DNA of 64,000 nucleotides from a plasmid: sequence record NZ_CP037472.2; one strand, 5' to 3'. Shown piece by piece: positions 62,216 to 64,000 of this stretch (position 1 is its first letter; each line of letters starts with the position of its first letter). The notes under the pieces were generated by a model. It saw only the letters and a program-made list of their open reading frames with translations, ran no database searches and was not told where the DNA came from. The position numbers and the translations under genes were made by a program.

Positions 62216-63061
62216 TTATATTGTGTCTTCAGACAACTTTAAGATATTCTGAATATCTGATACTGAATTATTGATTGCTTTAGCTTGACTTTTAAGATTC
62301 TTTGTTTTAGCTTTTATGTATTTGAATAGGTCATCACTATCAGCCACACTTTTAAGTTTTTTATTGACTCCTTGCTCCCAGTATTTTCTTGGAGGGATTA
62401 CGACTTCTTTATCAGTATTGTAATCAGTGTGGAGTTCTTTTACTGTTTGGCTAATATTTTCTTTTATTTGCATAATGGCATCTAATTTGGTTTTAAGTAT
62501 TGCTAATTTGTCAGTACTTAAAGAATCAAGATTGTCTTTTTTTGCACTTAGTAATTTGAATATCTCTATGTAGTAATTTTTACCGTAAGCTCTTATTTCT
62601 TTTAATGCATTCTCTATAAGAGCCTTACGCTGATTATCGATTGCTAAACCAAAAGGTCTTATTATTTTATCAAAAATTTTTCCCAAGCTTTCAATATATT
62701 CTTTTTTGTATTCTAAAGCCAGATAGACCTCTCTTCTTGCTTTTTTAGAAAAATTGTATGATATATTTTGAGTATCCTCAATGTAACTAAATAGTTGATT
62801 GTGAGCGGATATATTATAGTTTTGTACAGTTTCATTCCAATTAGGATCATCATTTATAGTCAATATCGGTTCTACTGTTTTAATTTGTGCTGTCAAATAT
62901 TGTATTATTTGTTGTTTTTCTGAAATACTTTTGTCGTTGTTGTCCCATTGTGAACTGTCGTTGTTGTCCCATTGTGAACTGTCCTTGTTGTTCCATTGTG
63001 AACAAACATATAGCATTGAACTTGCTAAAATAGTTATTGTAATATAAAATTTATTCTTCAT
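62216..63061 (-). CDS. CspA/CRASP-1-like lipoprotein, minus-strand member 13, with N-terminal SSQWDNND repeats
   Basis: Lipobox LYVCS. Motif EVYLALEYKKEYIESLGKIFDKII. 281 aa. Confidence 0.65.
   Translation of the reverse strand: MKNKFYITITILASSMLYVCSQWNNKDSSQWDNNDSSQWDNNDKSISEKQQIIQYLTAQIKTVEPILTINDDPNWNETVQNYNISAHNQLFSYIEDTQNISYNFSKKARREVYLALEYKKEYIESLGKIFDKIIRPFGLAIDNQRKALIENALKEIRAYGKNYYIEIFKLLSAKKDNLDSLSTDKLAILKTKLDAIMQIKENISQTVKELHTDYNTDKEVVIPPRKYWEQGVNKKLKSVADSDDLFKYIKAKTKNLKSQAKAINNSVSDIQNILKLSEDTI
62933..63004 (-). repeat. 3 x 24-bp tandem repeat encoding (SSQWDNND)3
   Basis: The + strand unit tgtcgttgttgtcccattgtgaac occurs three times. The third copy has 2 substitutions. Confidence 0.85.
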
Positions 63062-63450
63062 GGTATATTCTTCCTTTTTTAAGATTAAACGTTATAACTA
63101 TTATTATTTAATAATAGTTATAAAATAATAATAGTTATTTCACTTAAAGATCAAGATAGTAATCAAAAATTGTAAACTTTTTGATAATAAATCAAGGTAA
63201 TGCAATAAGATTAAAAAGGATTATTTTAAATTAAGGTTTATGATTAAGAAATGAATAAATGTACCTTTAGTTTTATTAGCTGAGGTTTTATAAATTGTTC
63301 AATATATTTGTTGTTTTTCAAGAATCAAGTTTATTTTGCTAATTAGTGTTGTGAATGCAAGTAAAAAGTAATTGTAGGAGTATATTATTGCTACTATATA
63401 TTTATGATACCTCTTTCAAGCAAAGTAATATTTTGCTTATTATATAGTTG

Positions 63451-64000
63451 CTAATTTACTACTTTTAGAATTTTGTTAATATCATTAGCTAATGTGTCAA
63501 TTTTAGGAATTTCTTTTTGAAGTATGTTTGCATATTTTTCTTTTACATGTTCTATCAATTTTTGACTATCAGTTTGAATTCCGTATTGATTATCTTCATA
63601 TTCCTTAATGAGATTATTCATGGAGGTTTGCCAAAACGTCTTTAGCATTTCAATTTCCTCAAGTTTGATTGAAATTGTCCTTAAGTCTTTAATATCCAGA
63701 TAATTCAGCTTATCTTGAACTTCCTTTATTTTATTGATTATGCGTTCAAATTGGAATTGAGAGTGATATCTTCCGGCATTTGTGATATTTGTATGTAATT
63801 GTCCTCTGTTGACATTATCAAGTGTTATCTTATTAAGAATAATCCCAAACTTTCTAATTTTTTTTTTGTCGTAGTTTAAGGATGAATAAAATTGCCTTCT
63901 GTTTTCTTGGCCTTCAGGGGAATTATAAGTTTGTTGACTGGGATTGCCCATTATGATTTTAAATGTTCCATTTTTCATTCCAAACTGATCAGGTGGCTCA
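63451..64000 (-). CDS. CspA/CRASP-1-like lipoprotein, member 14, 5' end beyond window
   Basis: Motif QFYSSLNYDKKKIRKFGIILNKITLDN. The reading frame stays open upstream of the annotated Met (..EPPDQFGMKNGTFKII), and this stretch aligns with internal regions of members 11 and 12. The N-terminus therefore lies past position 64000. Confidence 0.65.
   Translation of the reverse strand, partial: EPPDQFGMKNGTFKIIMGNPSQQTYNSPEGQENRRQFYSSLNYDKKKIRKFGIILNKITLDNVNRGQLHTNITNAGRYHSQFQFERIINKIKEVQDKLNYLDIKDLRTISIKLEEIEMLKTFWQTSMNNLIKEYEDNQYGIQTDSQKLIEHVKEKYANILQKEIPKIDTLANDINKILKVVN

Noticed and set aside
1-64000. rRNA, tRNA, transposase/IS elements, and defence systems (restriction-modification, toxin-antitoxin, CBASS and similar).
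   Set aside because: No ORF shows transposase DDE, methyltransferase or nuclease-helicase hallmarks beyond terL. There is no cloverleaf-like GC-rich segment. None of these is supported by the sequence.

Overview
This is an AT-rich (~28-30% GC) window that reads as part of a large linear plasmid (megaplasmid) of a relapsing-fever-group Borrelia. Four things support that call: a complete Borrelia plasmid replication/partition module (PF-57/62, PF-50, PF-32 ParA, PF-49) at 7.6-10.7 kb; a plasmid-borne thyX-nrdI-nrdE-nrdF deoxynucleotide-synthesis cluster at 39.3-43.5 kb, which Lyme-group plasmids lack; dozens of lipobox-bearing ORFs; and a long tandem array of CspA/CRASP-1-like (PF-54-like) lipoprotein paralogues from 44.4 kb to the window end. 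That array has 10 members on the + strand, 2 of them decayed pseudogenes, followed by 4 divergent members on the - strand, the last one truncated by the window edge. A cp32/phiBB-1-like prophage remnant is also present. It comprises a candidate holin pair (6.2-6.8 kb), a terS-terL packaging pair (11.6-13.5 kb), and a 16-gene, tightly packed late (head/tail morphogenesis) operon (22.0-33.8 kb) that contains a secreted tandem-repeat protein. Between the terminase and the late operon sits an ~8.5 kb insertion of surface/secreted protein cassettes. These include a recently duplicated two-gene cassette family (a secreted Cys-containing protein plus a membrane-anchored partner). Features outside coding sequence worth attention are listed in the findings. 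They are several perfect palindromes in regulatory positions (upstream of PF-57, between the par cluster and the terminase, upstream of thyX, and upstream of several PF-54-like genes). There are three G9/C9 homopolymer tracts, very unusual at this base composition. Coding-region tandem repeats are 4x48 bp, 4x12 bp and 3x24 bp. A 2.4 kb gene-free gap that interrupts the lipoprotein array carries ~95-bp direct repeats. No CRISPR array, rRNA/tRNA, transposase or recognisable defence system was seen. Family names (PF numbers, CspA-like) come from motif-level recognition by eye, not from a database search.
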